This document shows, piece by piece, positions 1 through 9,360 of a stretch of DNA of 20,380 nucleotides (within the stretch, counting starts at the first letter, position 1; every line of letters starts with the position of its first letter). Source of the DNA: a virus (taxonomy: Duplodnaviria; Heunggongvirae; Uroviricota; Caudoviricetes); the IMG/VR virus record IMGVR_UViG_3300045988_001600, positions 1-20,380 of that record. The stretch is one strand, 5' to 3'. The notes below the pieces were generated by a model. It saw only the letters and a list, made by a program, of their open reading frames with translations, was not told the origin of the DNA and did no database searches. Both the position numbers and the translations under genes were made by a program.

Positions 1-108
1 GACATCGGTTATTGCAGAGGCCATTCAATGAGTGGTCTCGACAATGGCTTATACCCTACACGGGATAACTTAACTGATATCCCTTTTAACGGATAAACGG
101 AGCCAACA

Positions 109-351
109 ATGGCAGAGATTATTCCCATGACTGAAGAACAGAAATTCCAGTTAGAGATTTACAAGCTGGTCATGAACCAGAACGCAGCCGCAGAAGAAGC
201 ATTTCAGTTCATTGGTACTGACGAGTTGAAGCTTGAGCTATTCAAAATTCACTTCCAGTCAGGCGGCGCTAATTCAGATATCACGACCCGCACAATCGAA
301 GCGGTGCGTAAATCGAAGGAAGCGTTAGACCTGTTCACTACCGGAGCATAA
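109..351 (+). CDS. Hypothetical small phage protein (80 aa) upstream of the terminase genes
   Basis: Intact 80-codon frame starting at ATG 109 with GGAG about 8 nt upstream; same strand and tight spacing as the terminase genes. No recognisable motif; function unknown. Confidence 0.5.
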   Translation: MAEIIPMTEEQKFQLEIYKLVMNQNAAAEEAFQFIGTDELKLELFKIHFQSGGANSDITTRTIEAVRKSKEALDLFTTGA

Positions 352-430
352 ACATGGCAACTCAAGGTTTCGACAACCCATCCAAATTCCGCGATGAATG
401 GGATAAGCAAGCAGAAGGGAAATAATCAAT

Positions 431-856
431 ATGGCGACTGAGAAAAAGAATGTCGGTCGCCCTTCGGATTACCTACCGGAGGTGGCTGATGATATCTGTG
501 CGCTGCTTTCCTCCGGGGAAAGTCTGGTTAAGGTTTGCAAGCGCCCCGGCATGCCAGCAAAGGCTACTGTATTTCGCTGGCTGTCAGAGCATGAAGAATT
601 TAGAGACAAGTACGCGAAGGCAACTGAGGCACGAGCTGATTCTATTTTCGAAGAGATATTCGAAATTGCTGACACTGCGATTCCAGATGCTGCTGAGGTG
701 GCAAAGGCAAGACTTCGCGTTGATACCCGCAAATGGGCGCTGGCCCGAATGAATCCCCGTAAGTATGGCGACAAGGTAACTAACGAGCTTGTCGGCAAAG
801 ACGGCGGCGCAATCCAGATTGAAACATCACCGATGAGCACTCTATTCGGAAAATGA
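431..856 (+). CDS. terS: Terminase small subunit (Sf6 gp1-like)
   Basis: 141-aa ORF directly upstream of the large terminase, with its stop overlapping the next start (ATGA). The protein (MATEKKNVGRPSDYLPEVADD ... RLRVDTRKWALARMNPRKYGDKV) matches my recollection of the Sf6 small terminase almost residue for residue. This is recall, not a search. Confidence 0.88.
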   Translation: MATEKKNVGRPSDYLPEVADDICALLSSGESLVKVCKRPGMPAKATVFRWLSEHEEFRDKYAKATEARADSIFEEIFEIADTAIPDAAEVAKARLRVDTRKWALARMNPRKYGDKVTNELVGKDGGAIQIETSPMSTLFGK

Positions 857-2265
857 CCTCGATTAATCCTATCTTTGAACCGTTCATTGAGGCGCATCGC
901 TACAAAGTCGCCAAAGGCGGTCGAGGTAGCGGTAAGTCATGGGCAATTGCTAGGCTGCTTGTTGAAGCGGCGCGTCGTCAGCCTGTGCGTATTCTCTGCG
1001 CTCGTGAACTGCAAAACAGTATCAGCGATTCGGTAATCCGGTTGCTTGAAGATACCATCGAGCGTGAAGGGTATTCGGCTGAGTTTGAAATTCAGCGTTC
1101 AATGATTCGTCATCTCGGAACGAATGCTGAATTCATGTTCTACGGCATCAAAAACAACCCGACGAAGATTAAATCGCTCGAAGGTATTGATATCTGCTGG
1201 GTGGAAGAAGCGGAAGCGGTAACGAAGGAATCATGGGATATCCTGATTCCAACCATCCGTAAGCCGTTCTCTGAAATATGGGTGAGCTTTAACCCGAAGA
1301 ACATCCTCGACGATACCTATCAGCGATTCGTCGTAAATCCTCCTGATGATATTTGTCTGCTGACGGTGAACTACACCGACAACCCGCACTTTCCTGAAGT
1401 TCTCCGTCTGGAGATGGAAGAGTGCAAACGCAGAAATCCGACACTGTATCGTCACATCTGGCTTGGTGAGCCAGTAAGCGCAAGTGATATGGCAATCATC
1501 AAACGTGAATGGCTTGAAGCCGCAACCGATGCGCACAAGAAACTAGGATGGAAAGCGAAAGGCGCTGTTGTTTCTGCACATGACCCGTCAGATACAGGGC
1601 CGGATGCTAAAGGTTATGCATCGCGTCACGGTTCGGTAGTTAAGCGCATTGCCGAAGGTCTGCTGATGGACATCAACGAGGGTGCTGACTGGGCTACTTC
1701 GCTGGCGATTGAAGACGGTGCTGACCACTACTTGTGGGATGGTGATGGTGTCGGTGCAGGGCTACGCAGACAGACAACGGAAGCGTTCTCCGGTAAGAAA
1801 ATCACCGCCACGATGTTCAAGGGCAGCGAATCGCCATTCGATGAAGATGCGCCATATCAGGCCGGAGCATGGGCTGATGAAGTCGTACAGGGCGACAATG
1901 TTCGCACTATTGGCGATGTATTCCGCAATAAGCGAGCGCAATTCTATTACGCGCTGGCTGACAGGCTGTATCTGACATATCGGGCGGTTGTCTACGGTGA
2001 GTATGCAGACCCCGACGACATGCTGAGCTTCGACAAAGAAGCGATAGGCGAGAAGATGCTGGAGAAGCTGTTTGCAGAACTGACGCAGATTCAGCGCAAA
2101 TTCAATAACAACGGGAAGCTGGAGCTTATGACTAAGGTCGAAATGAAGCAGAAGCTCGGTATTCCATCTCCTAACCTGGCTGATGCGCTGATGATGTGTA
2201 TGCATTGCCCGGCATTGGTCCGCGAAGAAACAGAAATATACGTTCCCTCATCCTCCGGTTGGTAA
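853..2265 (+). CDS. terL: Terminase large subunit (ATPase plus nuclease)
   Basis: 470-aa ORF with a Walker A motif near the N-terminus (KGGRGSGKS) and a Walker B-like hydrophobic stretch ending in acidic residues (IDICWVEEAE). Position between small terminase and portal; start overlaps the terS stop. Confidence 0.92.
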   Translation: MTSINPIFEPFIEAHRYKVAKGGRGSGKSWAIARLLVEAARRQPVRILCARELQNSISDSVIRLLEDTIEREGYSAEFEIQRSMIRHLGTNAEFMFYGIKNNPTKIKSLEGIDICWVEEAEAVTKESWDILIPTIRKPFSEIWVSFNPKNILDDTYQRFVVNPPDDICLLTVNYTDNPHFPEVLRLEMEECKRRNPTLYRHIWLGEPVSASDMAIIKREWLEAATDAHKKLGWKAKGAVVSAHDPSDTGPDAKGYASRHGSVVKRIAEGLLMDINEGADWATSLAIEDGADHYLWDGDGVGAGLRRQTTEAFSGKKITATMFKGSESPFDEDAPYQAGAWADEVVQGDNVRTIGDVFRNKRAQFYYALADRLYLTYRAVVYGEYADPDDMLSFDKEAIGEKMLEKLFAELTQIQRKFNNNGKLELMTKVEMKQKLGIPSPNLADALMMCMHCPALVREETEIYVPSSSGW

Positions 2266-2267
2266 AC

Positions 2268-4394
2268 ATGGCAGAGACATTAGAGAAAAAACATGAGCGG
2301 ATCATGCTCAGGTTTGACCGCGCCTATTCTCCACAGCAGGAAGTGCGCGAAAAGTGCATTGAAGCTACGAGGTTTGCTCGTGTCCCCGGAGGTCAATGGG
2401 AAGGAGCAACGGCGGCTGGAACTAAGCTTGATGAGCAGTTCGAGAAGTATCCTAAGTTTGAAATCAATAAGGTAGCAACTGAACTTAACCGCATCATTGC
2501 AGAATACCGCAATAACAGAATAACCGTTAAGTTTCGTCCTAGTGACAGAGAGGCAAGCGAAGAGTTAGCCAATAAATTAAATGGTCTGTTCCGTGCTGAC
2601 TACGAAGAAACTGATGGCGGTGAGGCTTGCGATAATGCATTTGACGACGCTGCTACTGGTGGTTTCGGTTGCTTCCGTTTGACGTCAATGCTGGTCAATG
2701 AATACGACCCCATGGACGATCGTCAGCGTATTGCTATTGAACCAATATACGACCCGTCGCGCTCTGTGTGGTTTGACCCTGACGCTAAGAAGTACGACAA
2801 ATCTGACGCGTTGTGGGCGTTCTGCATGTATTCGTTGTCACCTGAAAAATATGAGGCTGAATACGGAAAGAAACCTCCAGCTTCTCTGGATGTAACGTCT
2901 ATGACCAGTTGGGAATATGACTGGTTTGATGCAGATGTTATTTACATAGCGAAGTATTACGAAGTTCGTAAAGAGTCTGTTGACGTCATCAGTTATCGAC
3001 ATCCAATCACTGGAGAGATTGCAACATACGACAGTGATCAGGTTGAAGATATTGAAGATGAACTGGCAATAGCTGGATTTCAGGAAGTGGCAAGGCGCTC
3101 AGTGAAGCGCCGTCGTGTGTATGTATCCGTAGTGGATGGTGATGGTTTCCTTGAGAAACCTCGACGTATTCCTGGTGAGCATATCCCCCTCATCCCGGTT
3201 TATGGAAAACGCTGGTTCATTGATGACATTGAGCGTGTCGAAGGGCACATTGCAAAAGCAATGGATCCACAGCGTTTGTACAACCTTCAGGTTTCAATGC
3301 TGGCTGATACTGCAGCGCAAGACCCCGGTCAGATCCCTATAGTTGGCATGGAGCAAATTCGTGGACTTGAGAAGCACTGGGAGGCTCGCAACAAGAAACG
3401 CCCAGCGTTCTTGCCGTTGCGCGAAGTGAGAGATAAATCTGGCAACATTATCGCTGGAGCTACCCCTGCAGGATATACACAGCCTGCGGTTATGAATCAG
3501 GCATTGGCTGCATTACTACAGCAAACCAGTGCAGATATTCAGGAGGTTACAGGCGGCAGTCAGGCCATGCAGCAGATGCCAAGTAATATTGCTCAGGAAA
3601 CGGTTAACAACTTGATGAACAGAGCAGATATGGCTTCGTTTATCTATCTGGACAATATGGCGAAAAGTCTTAAACGCGCTGGTGAAGTATGGCTGTCAAT
3701 GGCGCGTGAAGTGTACGGTTCAGAACGTGAAGTGCGCATCGTTAACGAAGATGGAAGTGATGATATCGCTGTCCTGAGCGCACAGGTTGTTGACAGGCAA
3801 ACAGGGGCTGTTGTTGCGTTAAATGACCTTTCTGTCGGTCGATACGATGTGACGGTTGATGTTGGACCAAGCTACACAGCACGACGTGATGCAACGGTTT
3901 CTGTACTGACAAATGTCCTTAGCTCTATGCTTCCAACAGACCCAATGCGTCCGGCAATTCAGGGTATTATTCTGGACAATATCGATGGCGAAGGCCTTGA
4001 TGACTTCAAAGAGTACAACCGAAACCAACTGCTGATATCTGGCATTGCAAAACCACGCAATGAGGAAGAGCAGCAGATTGTTCAACAGGCGCAAATGGCA
4101 GCACAAAGCCAGCCAAATCCTGAAATGGTTCTCGCTCAGGCGCAAATGGTAGCAGCGCAGGCAGAAGCGCAAAAAGCAACTAACGAAACTGCTCAAACTC
4201 AAATCAAAGCATTTACTGCCCAGCAGGATGCGATGGAGAGTCAGGCAAACACTGTCTATAAACTGGCTCAAGCCAGAAACATCGATGACAAAGCAGTGAT
4301 GGAGGCAATACGCCTTCTGAAAGATGTCGCCGAGTCACAACAACAGCAATTCCAGTCACCACCACAGTCTCCGGCAGACTTAATGCCGAGTTAA
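2268..4394 (+). CDS. Portal protein (P22 gp1 / Sf6 gp3-like)
   Basis: The ORF track opens this frame at 2196, but that start overlaps terL by about 70 nt. The in-frame ATG at 2268, 3 nt after the terL stop, gives 708 aa. The central region (KRRRVY ... IPGEHIPLIPVYG) resembles the P22 portal as I recall it, and the C-terminal ~120 aa is A/Q/E-rich helical, consistent with a P22-type portal barrel. Confidence 0.9.
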   Translation: MAETLEKKHERIMLRFDRAYSPQQEVREKCIEATRFARVPGGQWEGATAAGTKLDEQFEKYPKFEINKVATELNRIIAEYRNNRITVKFRPSDREASEELANKLNGLFRADYEETDGGEACDNAFDDAATGGFGCFRLTSMLVNEYDPMDDRQRIAIEPIYDPSRSVWFDPDAKKYDKSDALWAFCMYSLSPEKYEAEYGKKPPASLDVTSMTSWEYDWFDADVIYIAKYYEVRKESVDVISYRHPITGEIATYDSDQVEDIEDELAIAGFQEVARRSVKRRRVYVSVVDGDGFLEKPRRIPGEHIPLIPVYGKRWFIDDIERVEGHIAKAMDPQRLYNLQVSMLADTAAQDPGQIPIVGMEQIRGLEKHWEARNKKRPAFLPLREVRDKSGNIIAGATPAGYTQPAVMNQALAALLQQTSADIQEVTGGSQAMQQMPSNIAQETVNNLMNRADMASFIYLDNMAKSLKRAGEVWLSMAREVYGSEREVRIVNEDGSDDIAVLSAQVVDRQTGAVVALNDLSVGRYDVTVDVGPSYTARRDATVSVLTNVLSSMLPTDPMRPAIQGIILDNIDGEGLDDFKEYNRNQLLISGIAKPRNEEEQQIVQQAQMAAQSQPNPEMVLAQAQMVAAQAEAQKATNETAQTQIKAFTAQQDAMESQANTVYKLAQARNIDDKAVMEAIRLLKDVAESQQQQFQSPPQSPADLMPS

Positions 4395-4407
4395 CCAGGA
4401 GTAATCA

Positions 4408-5292
4408 ATGGAAAACGAACTGATCATCGACGGTCAGGTTATTGACCTGTCTGAAACACAGGAAAATGCAGAAGAAACCATCATCCAAACAGAGTCACAG
4501 CCTGAGAATGAAAGCCAGGATGACAACGGAAAAGAGATGGCAACTGATCCTGAAAAAACCGAAGAGACACCAGAAGATTACGCCTTGCGTATTGGTGATG
4601 AAGAAATTCAGCTTAACGCTGACGATGATGATCACATTGACGGGCAACCTGCACCGCAATGGGTGAAAGATCTTCGCAAAGGCTTCAAAGAAACACAGAA
4701 AGAAAACCGTGAGTTGCGCCGCCAGCTTGAGGAAGCATTAGCCAAGCCAGCGGAACATCAGCAACCACAACCAGACGCTATTCCACCAAAACCGACTCTT
4801 GAGTCGTGTGATTATGACGAACAGGCGTTTGAACAGGCATTGACTGATTGGCATGAGAAAAAAGGCCGTGTCGAACAGCAGCAGCAACAAAAACTACGTC
4901 AGCAACAGGAATACCAACAGCGTTTCCAGCAAAGGGTAGAAGCGCATAAACAACGGGCAGCCAAACTTCCTGTGAAAGATTATCAGGAAATGGAGGCCAT
5001 TGTTCTTAGTGAGCTACCACCAATTCAGCAGGAAATCATCATTCACTGTGCAGACGAAGGCTCTGAACTACTCGCCTATGGCTTAGGTAAGAGCCAGCAA
5101 TTACGCCAGCGTGTAGCCGCTGAGACAGATCCAATTCGCGCAGCATTCCTCTTGGGGCAGATTAGCAAACAGGTAAGCCTTGCTCCAAAACCAAAGAAAG
5201 CCATCAAGCCAGAGCCGGAAGTACGTGGTGGCGGTGCTGATGCGAAACAAGACGAATTCAACAAATTATGCCCCGGCGCAAAAATCGAATAA
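4408..5292 (+). CDS. Scaffolding protein
   Basis: 294-aa acidic, Q/E-rich, predicted helical protein between portal and coat, with AGGAG upstream. The C-terminal part (KDYQEMEAIV ... LAPKPKK) parallels the coat-binding end of the P22 scaffold as recalled. Contains a CAG/CAA-rich low-complexity tract (QQQQQKLRQQQEYQQRFQQR). Confidence 0.8.
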   Translation: MENELIIDGQVIDLSETQENAEETIIQTESQPENESQDDNGKEMATDPEKTEETPEDYALRIGDEEIQLNADDDDHIDGQPAPQWVKDLRKGFKETQKENRELRRQLEEALAKPAEHQQPQPDAIPPKPTLESCDYDEQAFEQALTDWHEKKGRVEQQQQQKLRQQQEYQQRFQQRVEAHKQRAAKLPVKDYQEMEAIVLSELPPIQQEIIIHCADEGSELLAYGLGKSQQLRQRVAAETDPIRAAFLLGQISKQVSLAPKPKKAIKPEPEVRGGGADAKQDEFNKLCPGAKIE

Positions 5293-5303
5293 GGAAAAGA
5301 TAA

Positions 5304-6575
5304 ATGCCTAACAATCTCGACAGTAACGTCAGTCAAATCGTTCTGAAAAAATTCCTTCCGGGTTTTATGTCAGATTTAGTTCTGGCGAAAACCGTAGACC
5401 GTCAGTTGCTGGCAGGTGAAATCAACTCCAGCACTGGCGATAGCGTTAGCTTTAAACGTCCGCATCAATTCTCATCCCTCCGTACTCCCACTGGTGATAT
5501 TTCAGGGCAAAATAAAAACAACCTGATCTCAGGTAAAGCTACGGGGCGTGTAGGTAACTACATCACTGTTGCTGTTGAATATCAGCAACTGGAGGAAGCG
5601 ATCAAGCTTAACCAACTGGAAGAAATTCTCGCGCCGGTTCGCCAGCGAATCGTTACCGACCTTGAAACAGAGCTTGCTCACTTCATGATGAATAACGGTG
5701 CGTTGTCACTTGGTAGCCCCAATACTCCAATCACCAAATGGTCTGATGTTGCGCAGACGGCATCTTTCCTGAAAGACCTCGGCGTTAATGAAGGTGAAAA
5801 CTATGCTGTAATGGATCCATGGTCTGCACAGCGACTTGCTGATGCGCAGACTGGTTTGCATGCTTCAGATCAATTGGTTCGTACTGCATGGGAGAACGCA
5901 CAGATCCCAACCAATTTTGGCGGCATTCGCGCACTGATGTCTAATGGGCTTGCCTCTCGTACGCAGGGGGCATTTGGCGGAACACTGACAGTCAAAACAC
6001 AGCCAACTGTTACCTATAACGCAGTTAAAGACTCATACCAGTTCACTGTAACATTGACCGGAGCGACAACCAGCGTTACAGGTTTCCTGAAAGCTGGTGA
6101 TCAGGTTAAATTCACCAATACCTACTGGCTGCAACAGCAGACCAAACAGGCGTTGTATAACGGAGCCACACCAATTAGCTTCACTGCAACGGTTACTGCT
6201 GATGCTAATTCAGACAGCAGTGGCGATGTGACGGTTACGCTTTCTGGTGTTCCGATTTATGACACTACAAACCCGCAGTACAACTCTGTAAGTCGTCAGG
6301 TAGCGGCAGGTGATGCCGTATCTGTAGTAGGCACTGCTAGCCAGACAATGAAGCCAAACCTGTTCTATAACAAGTTCTTCTGTGGACTTGGCTCTATCCC
6401 ACTGCCGAAACTGCACAGTATTGATTCTGCTGTTGCAACATATGAAGGTTTCTCCATCCGCGTACATAAATACGCAGATGGCGATGCCAACGTGCAAAAA
6501 ATGCGCTTTGACTTACTGCCTGCATATGTGTGCTTTAACCCTCACATGGGCGGTCAGTTCTTCGGTAATCCGTAA
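5304..6575 (+). CDS. Major capsid (coat) protein
   Basis: 423-aa ORF after the scaffold with AAGGA upstream and a hairpin terminator just downstream. Size and position match the P22/Sf6 coat gene; assignment is by synteny and size, not by motif. Confidence 0.82.
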   Translation: MPNNLDSNVSQIVLKKFLPGFMSDLVLAKTVDRQLLAGEINSSTGDSVSFKRPHQFSSLRTPTGDISGQNKNNLISGKATGRVGNYITVAVEYQQLEEAIKLNQLEEILAPVRQRIVTDLETELAHFMMNNGALSLGSPNTPITKWSDVAQTASFLKDLGVNEGENYAVMDPWSAQRLADAQTGLHASDQLVRTAWENAQIPTNFGGIRALMSNGLASRTQGAFGGTLTVKTQPTVTYNAVKDSYQFTVTLTGATTSVTGFLKAGDQVKFTNTYWLQQQTKQALYNGATPISFTATVTADANSDSSGDVTVTLSGVPIYDTTNPQYNSVSRQVAAGDAVSVVGTASQTMKPNLFYNKFFCGLGSIPLPKLHSIDSAVATYEGFSIRVHKYADGDANVQKMRFDLLPAYVCFNPHMGGQFFGNP

Positions 6576-6579
6576 TAAC

Positions 6580-6605
6580 AAGGGGCTTACGCCCCTTTTA
6601 TGTTT
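6580..6605 (+). terminator. Probable rho-independent terminator after the coat gene
   Basis: Stem AAGGGGC / GCCCCTT with loop TTAC, followed by TTTTATGTTTT, starting 5 nt after the coat stop codon. Confidence 0.55.
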
Positions 6606-6617
6606 TAAGGAAACAAT

Positions 6618-6803
6618 ATGGATCGCATGAGTGTATTCCTTGCCGCAGATAACGAATCCGGGCATGTACAGGCCGTTATCGCAGAAAAAGACTTCCAGTT
6701 TTTCGAAAAGTTGGGCTTTGTTGCCTCAGTTGATGAATTGAAACCGACCAGTAAGCGAGGTCGTAAGGCGGCAGACAATGGCAACAGTACTGACAAAGGG
6801 TGA
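6618..6803 (+). CDS. Hypothetical small protein (61 aa) between coat and head-completion genes
   Basis: ATG preceded by AAGGA; occupies the short coat-to-gp4 interval where P22-like phages carry a small ORF. Its 3' end overlaps the next gene by about 26 nt in another frame. No motif. Confidence 0.4.
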   Translation: MDRMSVFLAADNESGHVQAVIAEKDFQFFEKLGFVASVDELKPTSKRGRKAADNGNSTDKG

Positions 6804-7260
6804 GATCGTCCTTTTTGCGCTTCGTAAGTTTGCTATTGCTTCTAATGCATCGCTGACTGATGTTGAGCCGCAATCAATTGAAGATGGTGTAAATGATCTG
6901 GAAGATATGATGTCCGAGTGGATGATTAACCCCGGCGACATTGGTTACGCTTTCGCAACTGGAGATGAGCAGCCATTACCAGATGATGAGTCAGGTCTTC
7001 CAAGAAAATACAAACACGCAGTAGGCTATCAGTTATTGCTGAGAATGCTATCTGATTACAGCCTTGAGCCAACTCCGCAAGTTCTCAGTAACGCCCAACG
7101 CTCATATGATGCCTTGATGACCGACACTCTGGTTGTTCCTTCAATGCGACGACGTGGAGATTTTCCTGTAGGACAGGGTAATAAATATGACGTGTTTACA
7201 TCTGACCGATATTATCCAGGCGATCTCCCTATGATTGATGGCGATATCCCAAACGCATAG
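6778..7260 (+). CDS. Head-to-tail adaptor / head completion protein (P22 gp4-like)
   Basis: 160-aa ORF; the N-terminal region ([13 protein letters not shown] ... [24 protein letters not shown]) aligns by eye with P22 gp4 as recalled (TKGDLVRAALRKL ... [24 protein letters not shown]). Confidence 0.85.
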   Translation: [160 protein letters not shown]

Positions 7261-7268
7261 GTGAATAA

Positions 7269-7373
7269 ATGCCGATTCAGCAACTTCCGCTTATGAAAGG
7301 TGTCGGCAAAGACTTTCGAAACGCCGACTATATCGACTATCTGCCAGTGAATATGCTGGCAATTTTGATATAA
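7269..7373 (+). pseudogene. Remnant 5' end (34 codons) of the tail-hub (gp10-like) gene, cut off at the homing-endonuclease insertion
   Basis: ATG 8 nt after the gp4-like stop encodes [31 protein letters not shown], then ILI and a stop. This matches the N-terminus of the intact tail-hub gene at 7942 ([31 protein letters not shown]) at protein level but differs at many synonymous positions. Confidence 0.7.
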
Positions 7374-7409
7374 TAAGTACATGAAAAATCGAAACTTTAA
7401 GGAGTAGAT

Positions 7410-7994
7410 ATGCTTTCTGAGAATGCTAAAGATATACCTGGATTTGAAGGTGTTTATGCCGTAACAGAAGATGGCAGGGTATATTCTCACTCACGTGTTG
7501 TTAAGGCTGCGCATGGCAGCACGCAACTCAGAAAGGGGCGCTGGTTAAAGCCTAAAATCAATCAGGGAAGGGTGCTTTATAATATCGGAGCAAAATGGAC
7601 TTTTGCCCATCGAATCGTTGCAATGACATTCCTGCCAAATCCTGAAAACAAGCCTCAGGTAAATCATATTGATGGCAATCCACTCAATAATAACGTCAAT
7701 AATCTTGAGTGGTGCACTCAAAGCGAAAACATCAAACATGCATACGCCACCGGATTAAAGAAACCAATCAAGTTTTTCGGAACCAAGCACCCAAAACACA
7801 AGTTGAGTGATGACGATGTTCTTGCAATCAAGTCATCAAAAGAAAGCTTGTCAGTAATTGCGGCTAAGTACGGGATATCTAAGACCTGGGCAAGTAGGCT
7901 AAAGCGTGATGCTAACTGGGTTCATATAAAGGTTGATTCCAATGGCAATACAACAACTACCACTAATGAAGGGATTGGGGAAAAGTGCGGTTAA
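7410..7994 (+). CDS. HNH homing endonuclease (NUMOD4-like N-terminus, HNH core, C-terminal HTH-like region)
   Basis: 194 aa with strong AAGGAG 6 nt upstream. GFEGVYAVTEDGRVYS is a NUMOD4-type motif; QVNHIDGNPLNNNVNNLEWCTQSENIKH is an HNH_3-type motif; the C-terminal LSVIAAKYGISKTWASRLKR region looks like a helix-turn-helix. Visibly AT-richer than the flanking structural genes. The 3' end overlaps the next gene by about 50 nt. Confidence 0.88.
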   Translation: MLSENAKDIPGFEGVYAVTEDGRVYSHSRVVKAAHGSTQLRKGRWLKPKINQGRVLYNIGAKWTFAHRIVAMTFLPNPENKPQVNHIDGNPLNNNVNNLEWCTQSENIKHAYATGLKKPIKFFGTKHPKHKLSDDDVLAIKSSKESLSVIAAKYGISKTWASRLKRDANWVHIKVDSNGNTTTTTNEGIGEKCG

Positions 7995-9360
7995 TGCTGA
8001 TTATATAGACCAACTTCCAGTCAATCTTTTAGCTACGCCCAAGGAGGTGTTGAATTCATCGGGATATCTTCGCTCATTCCCGGGCATTGCCAAACGTTCT
8101 GATGTAAACGGCGTATCGCGCGGTGTCGAGTACAACATGGCGCAGAATGCTGTTTATCGCGTTTGCGGTGGCAAGTTGTATAAGGGCGAAAGCGAGGTCG
8201 GTGATGTTGCCGGAAGTGGTCGCGTATCAATGGCGCATGGTAGGACATCACAGGCAGTAGGTGTTAACGGGCAACTGGTCGAATACCGCTATGATGGCAC
8301 GGTTAAAACCGTCTCAAACTGGCCTACAGATAGCGGATTCACTCAGTATGAGTTAGGTTCAGTCCGCGACATTACACGCTTACGTGGGCGTTATGCGTGG
8401 TCAAAAGACGGTACTGATTCATGGTTTATCACTGACCTTGAAGACGAATCGCATCCTGACCGCTACAGCGCACAATATCGGGCAGAATCACAGCCTGACG
8501 GAATAATCGGTATCGGCACATGGCGAGATTTCATCGTCTGCTTTGGTTCATCGACGATTGAATATTTTTCCCTCACTGGTGCAACCACTGTTGGTGCCGC
8601 GTTGTATGTCGCACAGCCATCGCTGATGGTGCAAAAAGGCATCGCCGGAACTTACTGCAAAACGCCGTTTGCTGATTCCTATGCGTTTATCAGCAATCCG
8701 GCAACAGGTGCGCCGTCTGTGTATATCATCGGCTCCGGTCAGGCGTCACCAATCTCCAGCGCGAGCATTGAGAAAATACTACGCTCCTACACTGCTGATG
8801 AACTGGCTGATGGCGTGATGGAGTCTCTGAGATTTGATGCGCATGAGTTGCTGATTATCCACCTTCCGCGCCATGTTCTTGTTTACGACGCATCTTCAAG
8901 CGCCAATGGTCCGCAATGGTGCGTACTGAAAACGGGCCTGTATGACGATGTGTACCGCGCTATCGACTTCATTTACGAAGGCAATCAGATAACGTGCGGC
9001 GATAAGCTGGAATCGGTGACCGGGAAATTGCAGTTCGACATCAGCAGCCAGTACGACAAGCAACAGGAACACCTTCTGTTTACTCCGTTGTTCAAAGCGG
9101 ATAACGCCAGATGCTTCGATCTGGAGGTGGAATCATCCACTGGCGTAGCTCAGTACGCCGACCGCCTGTTCCTCTCTGCAACCACTGACGGCATCAATTA
9201 CGGGCGTGAGCAGATGATTGAGCAGAATGAACCGTTCGTTTACGACAAACGCGTTTTGTGGAAGAAAGTAGGGCGCATCAGGAAAAACATTGGCTTCAAA
9301 TTGCGCGTTATCACGAAGTCACCTGTCACTCTGTCTGGCGCTCAGATAAGGATTGAGTAA
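7942..9360 (+). CDS. Tail hub protein (P22 gp10-like)
   Basis: 472 aa from ATG 7942 (the track opens at a TTG at 7933). Sits between the gp4-like and tail-needle genes as in P22-like phages, with the stop overlapping the next start (TAATGG). Confidence 0.85.
   Translation: MAIQQLPLMKGLGKSAVNADYIDQLPVNLLATPKEVLNSSGYLRSFPGIAKRSDVNGVSRGVEYNMAQNAVYRVCGGKLYKGESEVGDVAGSGRVSMAHGRTSQAVGVNGQLVEYRYDGTVKTVSNWPTDSGFTQYELGSVRDITRLRGRYAWSKDGTDSWFITDLEDESHPDRYSAQYRAESQPDGIIGIGTWRDFIVCFGSSTIEYFSLTGATTVGAALYVAQPSLMVQKGIAGTYCKTPFADSYAFISNPATGAPSVYIIGSGQASPISSASIEKILRSYTADELADGVMESLRFDAHELLIIHLPRHVLVYDASSSANGPQWCVLKTGLYDDVYRAIDFIYEGNQITCGDKLESVTGKLQFDISSQYDKQQEHLLFTPLFKADNARCFDLEVESSTGVAQYADRLFLSATTDGINYGREQMIEQNEPFVYDKRVLWKKVGRIRKNIGFKLRVITKSPVTLSGAQIRIE

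Noticed and set aside
469-897. 142-aa minus-strand ORF antisense to terS, and similar antisense or alternate-frame ORFs inside terL, portal, coat and ejection genes (for example 1231-1536, 1762-2205, 3819-4271, 6210-6497, 9803-10150, 10151-10528, 12911-13123).
   Set aside because: They lie wholly inside confidently assigned genes, have no ribosome-binding sites, and show odd composition (Ser/Arg/Cys-rich). They are expected by chance in long ORFs.
2196-2267. Upstream start for the portal gene at 2196 as given in the ORF track.
   Set aside because: It would overlap terL by about 70 nt. The in-frame ATG at 2268 directly after the terL stop gives a 708-aa product of the size expected for this family.
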